A stretch of DNA of 63,158 nt, counting the filler, from Octopus bimaculoides (Eukaryota): the NCBI RefSeq assembly GCF_001194135.2. It is 5 parts of 5 records of this genome, joined end to end, with 100 filler letters (N's around TTAATTAATTAA, not from the genome) between each part and the next. Parts side by side here need not be neighbours in the genome. Positions count along the whole stretch, not along the records: positions 1 to 21,034 come from NC_068996.1; 4 more parts are not named here. One strand, 5' to 3'. This document shows, piece after piece, positions 1-10,862 of this stretch. Position numbers and translations under genes: made by a program. Numbering within the stretch: the stretch's first letter is position 1; the number at the start of each line of letters is the position of its first letter. Below the pieces are notes generated by a model. The model was given only the letters and a program-made list of their open reading frames with translations. It was not told the DNA's origin and ran no database searches.

Positions 1-10
1 ATATATATGG

Positions 11-72
11 TTGGCCTGGAACCTGGAACTATCTGGTTGGGAAGCAAATTTCTTACCACATGGTCATGCCTC
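11..72 (-). mobile_element. SINE family B, tRNA-like head fragment
   Basis: Reverse complement matches the head of the fuller copies at 14248-14678 and 11681-12056 (TGTGGTAAG..TTGCTT.CCAACCA...GTTCC.GGTTC). Confidence 0.7.
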
Positions 73-199
73 CCAATAATGTTTACTTTTTATAATTGGA
101 ATGTTGCAGTCGTTGCCTACTCTGTAGAATATCCGCAGGTCCAGCTTGTAATATAATATGTAATACAGTTCTGGACCTCTTATTTGGCTTCCAGAAATA

Positions 200-440
200 T
201 GGAACCCTGTTGTACTCTTTCCCCACAACTTTCTCTCACTCTTTCTTCCTGTTTCTGTTGTGTCTGTAATTCAAATAGCCAGCCTTGTCACACTCTGTGT
301 CATGCTGAATATCCCCGAGAACTACGTTAAGGGTACACGTGTCTGTGGAGTGTTCAGCCACTTGCATTTTAATTTCATGAGCAGGCTGTTCTGTTGATCC
401 AATCAACTGGAACCCTCGTCGTCGTAACCGACGGAGTTCC
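200..440 (+). mobile_element. SINE family C, 5'-truncated copy
   Basis: Near-colinear with 17370-17607 of the full copy (CCCCGAGAACTACGTTAAGGGTACACGTGTCTGTGGAGTG ... ACTGGAACCCTCG.CGTCGTAA.CGACGGAGT). Confidence 0.9.
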
Positions 441-1110
441 ACGATATATTTTAAATGTACTTTAAGACTGTCTCCAGAAAAGTGGAAAATCCAGAAATCA
501 AGCCTCAAGCATGCCAGATATTTGGTCCACAACTGTATATAAAACATTATGTTACTTGACATTCTTTTGCAAAAAAAAAAAAAAACGAAACAAGGCAAAA
601 AATAGTTACAAGGGACACAACTCTGTAGTCAATAACTAAGGGAATCAACTCTTTTTGCTTTCTTTGAAAGTCCTTCATGGTTACTGCACAGTTTTGGGTG
701 CTACTTTGGTGTATGATCTACAATTAAAAAGCAATTACTTTAGGTTATTTTGTACCAGTGCTACTTTGGTGTGTGATCCATGTCAGCAAATTTACTTAGG
801 TGTGTGACTTAGGTGAACAAATTTACTTTGGTTTGTAACCTATGCATTTATTTTAATTATTTTGTTTATTCTTGGTTCCATATTATAATTTACTAAAACA
901 TAAATGAAACATGGTTTCTATTATTATTATTAAAATAATTTTATTGATGAATTGAGGGAACTTTTGCTAGAAACACAAGAAAAAAGATCTTCAGCACTCT
1001 CTCTCTCATCTGTAGCCAACAGAAATAATCAAGGTGAGATTGGAAGGTTCTTTGCTTCACTCTTCTCAACTTTTTCAAAATATGAATTATTGAATCCTGC
1101 CAGCTTCTTT

Positions 1111-1130
1111 TAATAATAATAATAATAATG

Positions 1131-1212
<82 letters not shown>

Positions 1213-1213
1213 C
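1111..1213. repeat. (TAA)n microsatellite, left part of a tract interrupted by R4/Dong-like insertions
   Basis: Direct reading; the tract resumes at 1519-1546. Confidence 0.97.
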
Positions 1214-1520
1214 AAAGAGCTGGAAATAGAGGTAACTCGAATGTGGAATCTAAAAACAGAAACAATTCCTATCATAGTAGGCCCCTTAGGTATAATAAAA
1301 AAAAATATTCAGACAAATACATAACAAAAACACCAGGACTTACAAATATATATAACATACAGAAAATTGCACTACTGGGCACTGCACACATCCTACGCAA
1401 AACACTTTCAATACAGTAACCATAAGAGCATCACAGCAAACCACAGCACATACCCAAGGCACATAGAGCTGCACTCGGTAGTGAAGTGAAAGCACGTTAT
1501 AAAAATAAAACTACTGAACA
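1214..1520 (+). mobile_element. R4/Dong-clade non-LTR retrotransposon, 3' end (REL-endonuclease C-terminus plus 3' UTR), subfamily 1
   Basis: Translates to KELEIEVTRMWNLKTETIPIIVGPLGII[frameshift in A-run]KYSDKYITKTPGLTNIYNIQKIALLGTAHILRKTLSIQ* (TAA at 1417-1419). This matches the typical R4/Dong C-terminus (E..R.W....IP..iGaLG...QK..LLGTA.ILR). Flanked by (TAA)n on both sides. Confidence 0.85.
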
Positions 1521-1549
1521 ATAATAATAATAATAATACTAATAATAGC

Positions 1550-1735
1550 CAGAGGAGACTGTGGAAGACCGAGACAACAATTATTCCCACAGTAATTGGT
1601 GCATTTGGTACAACACCAAGAATGCTGCCTAAAAAACTGAAAGAGATTGGAATAATTAAAACTTACATTGTTGGCCTGCACAAAAGTACCATGTTATATT
1701 TTACAAGAATCTTAAGAAAGATTCTTGAGATTTGA
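1550..1735 (+). mobile_element. R4/Dong-clade retrotransposon 3' coding end, subfamily 2
   Basis: Frame reads QRRLWKTETTIIPTVIGAFGTTPRMLPKKLKEIGIIKTYIVGLHKSTMLYFTRILRKILEI* (TGA at 1733-1735). Same motif order as 1214-1419 but a diverged sequence. Confidence 0.75.
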
Positions 1736-1785
1736 GTAGAATTCTGAGCCAGGGAGTTAGTTTATATCACAGAGCCTAGTGTGAA

Positions 1786-1880
1786 ACTGGAACCTTATTT
1801 TATCAACCCGGGAGGGACAAAAGGCAAAGCTGGTCTCTGCAGAATTTAAACCCAGAATGTAAAATGCCAGAATGAAAATG
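1786..1880 (-). mobile_element. SINE family A, degenerate fragment
   Basis: Reverse complement resembles the GTTCAAATTC...CTTTGCCTTTCATCC...GATAAAATAAG block of family A. Confidence 0.6.
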
Positions 1881-2100
1881 TTGAAAGACATTTTTTCTGA
1901 CATTGATGTTTCTACCATTCCACTACCTTAAGATAATGATTTCTGATCAAGGCTCAAGGTTGGGAGTTTTAAGGGGAAGGAATAAGTCAATACTATCAAT
2001 GCCAGTACTTTGTTTTAAAGAACTTGGATGAAAAATAAAAGTGACCTTAGTGTGGATTTGAACTCATTTATCTGAACAGCAGAAGGCATTTTGTCATATA

Positions 2101-2312
2101 TGTATGTGTTTGTGTGTCTGTGTTTGTACCCCCAACATTGCTTGACAACTGATGCTGGTATTGTTTATGTCCCCGTAACATAGTGGTTTGGCAAAAGAGA
2201 CCGATAGAATAAGTACTAGGCTTACAAAGAATAAGTCGATTTGTTCGACTAAAGGCAGTGCTCCAGCATGGTTACAGTTAAATGACTGAAACAAGTAAAA
2301 GAATAAAAGAAT
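2101..2312 (+). mobile_element. SINE family B, 3' half
   Basis: GCTTGACAAC.GATGCTGGT...GGCAAAAGAGACCGATAGAATAAGTACTAGGCTTACAAAGAATAAGTC...GTGCTCCAGCATGG...GAAACAAGTAAAAGA, as at 16975-17180. Confidence 0.9.
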
Positions 2313-2369
2313 ATATGTGGTAGAGTTTAGCGCCTTTCATAAAAGTGGTAAATTTTGTATTTTCATTTA

Positions 2370-2421
<52 letters not shown>

Positions 2422-2551
2422 GAATTCAGAATTGATATCCCAGTTAAAGAATAAATTGGTTTCCCAATTGAAGAATAAATTGAATTTAGAATAACAAATT
2501 TCTATACAACATATTTTGCCTTTTTCTTCCAATATATAAGGAACAATTTCA

Positions 2552-2582
<31 letters not shown>

Positions 2583-2872
2583 TTAGGGATAAAAATTCAA
2601 ATTTTCAGGTAAAAACTCAATTAAATTCAATTTATTAAAAATTAAAATTAAATTAAGTTTCACAGTATAAAATATATAAATATATAATTTAGAGAAAAGA
2701 ACCAAAGTTCATGAACTCATCCATGAAAATCCACAGTCACATATAGAAAAAATTAATAAGTAAATACACTATAAAGGAGTATAATAAAATACAAAGTAAA
2801 AGTCATAAAATAATAATAATAAAACGACTACATGTGTTATGAAACGTATCTGTAAAAATAAACGGCAATGAT

Positions 2873-3165
2873 GACATGTGGCTGTGTGGTAGAAAGTTTA
2901 CCATAAAGTACCGGGTGAATTCCCACTGTGTAACACCTTGGAAAAGTGTCTTCTGCGAGTAGGTGAAAACTGAAATAAGTCAGTCTCGTGCACGCTTGTT
3001 CCACCACCGCTTGACAACCATAACTTTGCAATTCAGCAAAAAAAAGCTGATAAAATAAGTACCAGGCTCTAAAAATAACTACTGCAGTCGACTTGTTCAA
3101 CTAAAACCTCCGATGCGTGCTCCAGTGTGGCCGCAGTCCAGGGAATGAAACAAGTAAACGGTGTA
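2873..3165 (+). mobile_element. SINE family B, diverged copy with internal deletions
   Basis: Head GGCTGTGTGGTAGAAAG, CACCTTGGAAAAGTGTCTTCT block and GTGCTCCAG..TGGCCGCAGTC tail, in the family order. Confidence 0.75.
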
Positions 3166-3417
3166 AGATAAAAAAAGTAATACCTTTACTTTATACTTGT
3201 TTCAGTTGTTGAACTGCGGCCTCGAACAGTTAACAAAATTAAATGTGGCGACTATACACAATAATTTTAATAATGACTAAATCTATAGACAGGACAATGA
3301 TTTACAAAACTAAATAAAGGTAACGAATTAAGAGTAAACAGAATGTTCTTATGAGTTGATAATCAAAAGTGGTGATAGTTTAGGTGACGTTTTGGTGACT
3401 CCCTTCATCTCTCTCTC

Positions 3418-3463
<46 letters not shown>

Positions 3464-3471
3464 AATCTATC

Positions 3472-3841
3472 AGACTTTTATGCGTTTTAGCCCAAGACTA
3501 GGGTTATGCTATATTTTCACCATTCATTAGCCATTCTAATACGATTAACTTCCGATACAGGATGCAAATCGATATTGTTATCCTCTTTAGAGTTTCTTTC
3601 CGTGATGTAGCTTCATCTGGGACCTTGTTAAGTAGGAGATGAAGTTGTTTCTTCAAAACATCAACCCATACTCCATGTACATCTTTCAGATCCTATGGAA
3701 ACTAATTAAATAATTGTGGACCCTTGAAAGCCAAGCTATTGCAGTACATAGCCCTCACTCTAGACGGGATGGGTGGGACTTTTGGAACAGTCAGTGCCGT
3801 TCAGTTCAGTGGCTGGTACGACTTTCGATTCCAAAGTTTGG
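3472..3841 (-). mobile_element. CR1-group LINE 3' end (short copy 1) with (TAGA)n tail
   Basis: Minus strand reads ..VPKVPPIPSRVRAMYCNSLAFKGPQLFN..P.DLKDVHGVWVDVLKKQLHLLLNKVPDEA.., a CR1/L2-type ORF2 C-terminus. Homologous to 5388-5756 and 5907-6245. Confidence 0.85.
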
Positions 3842-3843
3842 TA

Positions 3844-3850
<7 letters not shown>

Positions 3851-3938
<88 letters not shown>
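3851..3938. repeat. (GT)n microsatellite
   Basis: Direct reading. Confidence 0.97.
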
Positions 3939-3939
<1 letters not shown>

Positions 3940-4759
3940 GTGTGCACGTGTACGTTTGTGTGTCTGTGTGTGGTTGTATGTGTGGGTGTAAGTGTGTGTG
4001 TGTGTGTAAGCATTTGTGGTCTTAGCTGATTCCTCCATTTAGTATTTATTCTCTGGAGACTTTGGCTGGCAAAATGACCTTTAGCTTCACTAATGCCGCA
4101 CACACACACACATTAGGAATATGCTGAAAAATGACGCTCAAACCGATTAATTACAACAAGCTTTTATTTTTTTCATTAAAATTCTAAGAGAATTTATAGT
4201 TATATTCTCTTAACACCCGTATGACAATCTGTTGAGGAAGCAGTATTTCGTGTTCATCATCTTTACTATTTAATGTCACATTCTCTCTTGAGAGTCAGGA
4301 ATTTGTCTGGAAGCAAATATAGTGAGTGAATATATTCGCCAGTGAGGTGTGTTTCTGGTTGGAACCCCCAGGTTTTCTCTCCTGAAATCGCCTGGTTAAG
4401 AGTTCATCCGGGTACAGGAACACTACCGGACACCTTGTAACTATGTTATGCTACCAACCAGCATGTTACATTGGGTGTTTAAGAACTCAAAGGTGCATAA
4501 AACAACCCCACAAACATCAAAAATAAGCTGAAGATGACTGTCACTTCACACTAGTCTTCAGATGTCTGGGTACGCCCCCTGGCGCACGCATTCCCTAGCC
4601 TCTAATCACCGTGAAAGGTTGAAAGACACTGAAGATTTTTGGAAGAGAATCTCTGGAGAAATGTTCTCCATATTGTGACGTCATAAACACAATATAGGAA
4701 TATTCAAATTTCATTGGATGAAACAAATAATTCTTAAAGCGATTTCACAAAGACAGACA

Positions 4760-4796
<37 letters not shown>

Positions 4797-5172
4797 GGCA
4801 CACACAAACAAACACACACACACACATGGACGCACACACTCTTGCGCATACATACAAACGTAGCCAGACATAAACTCACATGTATATACACAGGTTCAAC
4901 AAACTCATGTATGAACACGCATACAAACACACACAGGCACAGGTATAGATATGCACGTGTGTGTACACTGTGTATGTCTATGTGTATATGAATAAATATA
5001 TATGTGTATGTATGTGTGCGAGTGTGTGTATAGAGATATATACGAATGCACATTTATAAATGTCTATAAATTTTCATATCTACATCTGTCTGCCTGTCTG
5101 TCTTCTCTGTCTGTCTGATGTCTGTCTATCTGTCTGTCTGCCTGTCTGTCTGTCTGTCTGTTTCTCTCTCAC

Positions 5173-5209
<37 letters not shown>

Positions 5210-5342
5210 TTCTCTCTTTTTCTCTCTCTCTGTCCCTCTATCAGCTTCTCGTTGTGTATGTATGTATGTATGTATGTATACACATATACATGCATACACA
5301 CAGACACACACACATGNNNNNNNNNNCTGTCTGTCTGTCTGC

Positions 5343-5373
<31 letters not shown>

Positions 5374-5387
5374 CCTATCTATCTATC

Positions 5388-5756
5388 AGTCTTTTATGCG
5401 TTTTAACCCAATGACTATGGCCATGCTATATTTTCACCATCCATTAGCCATTCTAATCCGATTGACTTTGATGAAAGATGGTGATCGATATTGCTATCCT
5501 GTATAGAGTTTCTTTCGGTGATGTTGGTTCATCTGGGACCTTGTTTACTAGGAGATGAAATTGTTTCTTGAAAAAATTCACTCTACTCCATGTAGATCTG
5601 TCAGATGTTTTGGAAAGCGATTAAATAATTGTGGACCCTTGAAAGCCAAGCTATTGCGATACATGGTCCTTACTCTAGACGGGATGGGTGGGACTTTTGG
5701 AACACTCAGTGCTGTCCAGTTCGGTGGCTGGTACGACTTTCGATTCCAAAGTTTTG
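5388..5756 (-). mobile_element. CR1-group LINE 3' end (short copy 2) with (TAGA)n tail
   Basis: Colinear with 3472-3841; same termini and the same (TCTA)n and (GT)n flanks. Confidence 0.85.
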
Positions 5757-5863
5757 TGTGTGTNNNNNNNNNNNNNNNNNNNNNNNNNNNNNNNNNNNNN
5801 NNNNNNNNNNNNNNNNNNNNNNNNNNNNNNNNNNNNNNNNNNNNNNNNNNNNNNNNNNNNNNN

Positions 5864-5906
<43 letters not shown>

Positions 5907-5907
<1 letters not shown>

Positions 5908-7790
5908 TCCATCGGTCCTTTATGCGTTTGAGCCCCAAAACTGTAGCCAATGACCATTCTTATGCGATTGACTTGTGATGGAGGACGGTGTTCGGTATTG
6001 CTGCCCTCCCTTGAGTTTCTTGCTGTGATGTATGTTCATCTGGGACCTTGCTTAGTAGGAGATCAAATTGTTTCTTGCAAACTCCATGTAGATTTCTCAT
6101 ACTTTGTAAAGCGAGTAAATAATTGTGGACCTTTGAGACCCAAGCTATTGCAGTACATGGTCCTCGCTCTAGACGAGATGGCTGGGACCTGTGGAACAGT
6201 GAGTAACGTCCAGTTTGGGAGCTAGTATAACTTTCGTCTCCAGTTTTATGCTGGCCGCTCGAGGATCTTCCATACTTTTATCAATGCATACCTGTCCCGT
6301 CTTCGCTCCTGGGTGTAGATTTGTAGCTCTTTCAATCTCTCCCAGTCGCTCAACTGTTCCATTGATGCAACCTTCCTGATGTAGAACTGCCGAACCGCCT
6401 CAAGTCCCGCTATTGGTTTGGCACTGTTGGGTGACCTCAATTGAGAGTAGTAGTCCAGAATTCTGCGGACAAATGTCCTTCATAAAACCATCATAGTTTT
6501 CTGGTCCCCTGTTCTGAAGTTTCTCAAAATCCATCCGACTATTCGCCTGCACATTGCCTTCATCTTGGTGATATACACGTGAAACAAGGTGTTGTTACTC
6601 ATATCAATCTCCAGATCATACTCTGCACTTGACTCTGTGATTACCACTCCTTTTGGTCCAAAAGATCGTTATTGCGGCATGTGGGCATCAATTAGAAGGT
6701 AGCGAAGGGCTTGGAATTTACCGGCGTTAAATAGCATATTGTTTTCTTCGGCTTATTTATATATATATATATATAGCATTAATATCGGAAGGTTACTTGA
6801 CTGCTTGTGCTACTTTTGTGTCGTCGGCATAGCTAGAAAGTCTAGACTCTCTGCGCAACTGAAGTCATATCCGAAAGTGTCATTATAAATAGCAGCAGCC
6901 CCAAGACAGTTCTCTGAGACACTCCACTCGCTATTACTGTCTCCTTTGAGAGGGGTCCATTGGCTGCTATCGCCTGGCTTCTGTCTTTTAAGAAGTCATG
7001 TAACCACTCACCCAGTTTTTAGACTATGTCCAGTCTCCGTGGCTTGTGTTGTATCATCCCATAATCAACCTTAACAAAATCCTTTGCAAAATCAAAGTAT
7101 ATGACATCCAGGTCTGAGTGATTCATTAGTTGTTTCTATACCCAGTCATAATATTACGGAAGCTGTGTAAGGCAGCTTCTTTCTGAGCGCAAGGCATGAT
7201 GGGTGTCAGGGAGCAAGTCATTATCTTCAAGGAGCAGAATCAGTTTCCATTAATGACATGGGAGGTTAGAGAGACAGGTCTATAATTTTAACATCCGCTC
7301 TCCTGCTTCCTTTATTTGTAGAACACATTATGCCATCCCTTAACTTTCTGGGAAGTCTCCAGTTGCGAGAAAGCTTTGGAAGAGGATCCTTAGTGGTCTT
7401 GCCAGATCTCCATTGCATTTCTTTAGGAAGATAGCTGGGAATCCACCAGCACCCGTGGTTGAGTTTATATTCATTTCATGAATGGCTGATATTACATACG
7501 TTTCCTCTATTCCAATGTTATTAATAATTTCTTGTGTTTGTGTAGAGCTGTGGTGCAGAAGAACTCACCAGGAACAGCGTTGGCAAGTGAAAACAGTGTT
7601 GGCAAGTTGTGAAAACACTCCTGCATTGCACATCTAGCATTTCGCTTATTCCCTGGGGGTGGTGGTCTTCAGTCGGTGAGATATTTTCTTAGAACAGTGG
7701 CCCTATCTTGTAGTTTTTGGGAAATCTATAGAAGCTTTAGTGTTTGGTTTTATTGCTAGATATAAAAGTTGTTTTGACTCTTATTTCTAG
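5907..7790 (-). mobile_element. CR1-group LINE, 5'-truncated and decayed ORF2 (RT through C-terminus)
   Basis: Minus-strand motifs in order: FLKKCNGDLARPLRILF, KNYRPVSLTSH, DVIYFDFAKD, GEWLHDFLKDRSQ..ANG, SGVSQRTVLGLLLF (SGVPQGSVLGPLLF equivalent), ENNMLFNAGKFQALRY, LEAVRQFYIRKV.SMEQLSDWERLKELQIY..ERRRDRY, CNSLGLKGPQLF. Many stops and frameshifts, a (TA)n insertion near 6756-6774, and a (TAGA)n tail at 5864-5906. Confidence 0.92.
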
Positions 7791-7875
7791 CAATGTTGGT
7801 GCTAACTAGTACCCTGAATCAGTTTAGTGACGTCAATAGTTCTGCCTTTCGGTTGAAAATTGCGAACAAGCCACC

Positions 7876-7919
<44 letters not shown>

Positions 7920-8214
7920 CGCGCACCCCCTCCACACACACAAACACACACATACACACGCTTAATGTACTGTTCCGTGATGGTAAGATCAACAAAAATG
8001 TATTCCATCTTGTGAGAGATAAATATTATTTAATAGACACAATTCATGCTTATATGTGCTACTGTCAGTTTCATATGTTGAAAAATACCCCAAACGCAAT
8101 CATCAGATAGAAACCGTATATTATAACTAACTAAAAATTGAATGAGAGATGAAAAGCGAAAAGTTGAGAAGGAAACATGTAGAAATCGTGGAAGTTTAAA
8201 ACACGGAAAACGTA

Positions 8215-8895
8215 AAAGTAAAAGGAAGTAAGAAAAGTAAAAGCGTTATCATCCTTAGACCTTAAATGATATGGCTGGAAATTTAAACAGGTATAGGCGA
8301 AATTTTCCAGTTCTTCAAAATATGCTTCGACATATGTTTACAACTGCTGAACATTTCAGAACTAGATTTTATTAATTGAAAAATCCACACCATATGTTTA
8401 ATGGATCAAATAAATGTAAGCTATGCTTAGGCGAAAGTGCTCAGATTCTTTTCAGATCTAAGATACTTAACTCATTACTGAACTTTAGGTCTGAAGTTTT
8501 CAGCAGTTGTCTAAGTACATTTTGAAGAAGTGGAAAATTCCGCCAATATCTGATTAACTTGATATCTTTCTAGCCTTTAATTTAAGGTCTAAGGAGAATA
8601 ACTCTTTTATCTTTTGTACTTCTTACTTTTTTACTTTTTCGTTTTGTGTCATTTCTTTCCTGGTACTTTCGCTGGCAGAATGACCACTGGTTTCATTACT
8701 GACGCCATATATATAGAAGCCATGATAGATCGTTGACCAAAGACTATTCAATTTTTTCTCTCCGTGTTTTTCTCCTTGTTTTCTCCGTATTCTTTCTGTT
8801 GAAGAGCGTAGCTCGAAACGTTAAAGACTTTCTGTATTCCCGAGCGTTAAACTAATACATCCTTTTGTTGTTTACCCCACCTGTCCTCGTCTGTT
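8215..8895 (+). mobile_element. Penelope-like element (PLE) 3' end: GIY-YIG C-terminal remnant plus pseudo-LTR, with an inverted 5' arm
   Basis: 8376-8525 reads EKSTPY/NGSNKCKLCLGESAQILFRSKILNSLLNFRSEVFSSC (CxLCxxE..I...LLNxRSE...C motif). 8215-8365 is an inverted copy of about 8487-8640. Hammerhead-like motif at 8791-8827; ends in (TA)n. Confidence 0.75.
8791..8827 (+). ncRNA. Minimal type I hammerhead-ribozyme-like motif in a PLE pseudo-LTR
   Basis: UCUUU-CUGUUGA-A-GAGC(GUA)GCUC-GAAAC-GUU-AAAGA: 5-bp stem I, 4-bp stem II and a palindromic AC/GU stem III. The core has A6->U relative to CUGANGA. Confidence 0.6.
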
Positions 8896-8914
8896 GTTTT
8901 TTTCGTACATTCTC

Positions 8915-8945
<31 letters not shown>

Positions 8946-10035
8946 NNNNNNNNNNNNNNNNNNNNNNNNNNNNNNNNNNNNNNNNNNNNNNNNNNNNNNN
9001 NNNNNNNNNNNNNNNNNNNNNNNNNNNNNNNNNNNNNNNNNNNNNNNNNNNNNNNNNNNNNNNNNNNNNNNNNNNNNNNNNNNNNNNNNNNNNNNNNNNN
9101 NNNNNNNNNNNNNNNNNNNNNNNNNNNNNNNNNNNNNNNNNNNNNNNNNNNNNNNNNNNNNNNNNNNNNNNNNNNNNNNNNNNNNNNNNNNNNNNNNNNN
9201 NNNNNNNNNNNNNNNNNNNNNNNNNNNNNNNNNNNNNNNNNNNNNNNNNNNNNNNNNNNNNNNNNNNNNNNNNNNNNNNNNNNNNNNNNNNNNNNNNNNN
9301 NNNNNNNNNNNNNNNNNNNNNNNNNNNNNNNNNNNNNNNNNNNNNNNNNNNNNNNNNNNNNNNNNNNNNNNNNNNNNNNNNNNNNNNNNNNNNNNNNNNN
9401 NNNNNNNNNNNNNNNNNNNNNNNNNNNNNNNNNNNNNNNNNNNNNNNNNNNNNNNNNNNNNNNNNNNNNNNNNNNNNNNNNNNNNNNNNNNNNNNNNNNN
9501 NNNNNNNNNNNNNNNNNNNNNNNNNNNNNNNNNNNNNNNNNNNNNNNNNNNNNNNNNNNNNNNNNNNNNNNNNNNNNNNNNNNNNNNNNNNNNNNNNNNN
9601 NNNNNNNNNNNNNNNNNNNNNNNNNNNNNNNNNNNNNNNNNNNNNNNNNNNNNNNNNNNNNNNNNNNNNNNNNNNNNNNNNNNNNNNNNNNNNNNNNNNN
9701 NNNNNNNNNNNNNNNNNNNNNNNNNNNNNNNNNNNNNNNNNNNNNNNNNNNNNNNNNNNNNNNNNNNNNNNNNNNNNNNNNNNNNNNNNNNNNNNNNNNN
9801 NNNNNNNNNNNNNNNNNNNNNNNNNNNNNNNNNNNNNNNNNNNNNNNNNNNNNNNNNNNNNNNNNNNNNNNNNNNNNNNNNNNNNNNNNNNNNNNNNNNN
9901 NNNNNNNNNNNNNNNNNNNNNNNNNNNNNNNNNNNNNNNNNNTATAATGGGAAATAACTTTGTCAAGGTTGCCTCCCTTACCTAATCGCTTTTGTTTTTC
10001 TTTTTTCTTGGCAAATATTTAATACGCTTATTTTT

Positions 10036-10488
10036 AAGGCGGCGAACTGGCAGAAACTTTACGCCGCCGGGAGAAATGCTTAGCGGTATTTCGTCTGCCG
10101 CTACGTTCTGAGTTCAAATTCCACTGAAGTCGACTTTGCCTTTCATCCTTTCGGGGTCGATTAAATAAGTAACAGTTACGCACTGAGGTCGATGTAATCG
10201 ACTTAATCCGTTTGTCTATCCTTGTTTGTCCTCTCTATGTGTAGCCCCTTGTGGGCAATAAAGAAATAAGAAACATGAGCACGCCGGGTGAAATGCTTAG
10301 CGGTATTTCATCTGTCTTCACATTCTGAGTTCAAATTCTGCCGAGGTCGACTTTGCCTTTCATCCTTTCGGAGTCGATTAAATAAGTACCAGTTACGCAC
10401 TGCGGTCGATGTAATCGGCTTAATCTCGTTGTCTGTCCTTGTTTGTCCCCTCCATGTTTATCCCCTTGTGGGCAATAAAGAAATAAAT
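10036..10488 (+). mobile_element. SINE family A, tandem dimer
   Basis: Head GGCGGCGAACTGGCAGAAAC with B-box-like GTTCAAATTCC, central GAGGTCGACTTTGCCTTTCATCCTTTCGGGGTCGA block (Deu/Nin-like domain), and a second monomer starting at about 10278. Confidence 0.92.
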
Positions 10489-10723
10489 ATTTAATACGTT
10501 TGTGTATTGTTACTAAGACGTTGGATAAAATGCTGAGCTGCTTGGCATTTCGTGTCAGAGAGTTCAAATCCCACTGTAGGCTCCTTCATCTTTAAATCTT
10601 GGGTGGTTGACAACCCTGCCAAGTATTAGGGCCGATTTTATCTATGAAGTCGTAACCTCAAATTTCTGCGATGCATTTCCTCCATTGACTTCCTTCTATG
10701 TTACATGAACAGTTATGAACACG

Positions 10724-10862
10724 GGCAAAAGAGACCGATAGAATAAGTACTAGGCTTACAAAGAATAAGTCTTGGGGTCAATTTGCTCGACTAAAGGCGA
10801 TGCTCCAGCATGACCACAGTCAAATGACTGAAACAAGTAAAAGAGTAAAAAAGAGTAAAGAG
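10724..10862 (+). mobile_element. SINE family B, 3' tail
   Basis: GGCAAAAGAGACCGATAGAATAAGTACTAGGCTTACAAAG...GTAAAAGAG. Confidence 0.9.

Noticed and set aside
4676-4683. Isolated TGACGTCA site
   Set aside because: A single 8-mer without promoter context is expected by chance.
4480-4690. Possible Tc1 transposase remnant (RERLKDTEDFWKRI)
   Set aside because: Only one short motif-like stretch, with no DDE residues or TIRs identified; left unclassified.
8640-8760. ATGA...TGA pairs downstream of the PLE ORF as a possible SECIS
   Set aside because: No helix II of suitable length or apical AA motif could be drawn.
8865-9985. Very long ORFs of 140-430 aa (also at 13.3, 15.8, 18.9, 44, 45.4, 49.1, 57.4, 60.5 and 61.7 kb)
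   Set aside because: They are open only because N runs translate as X.
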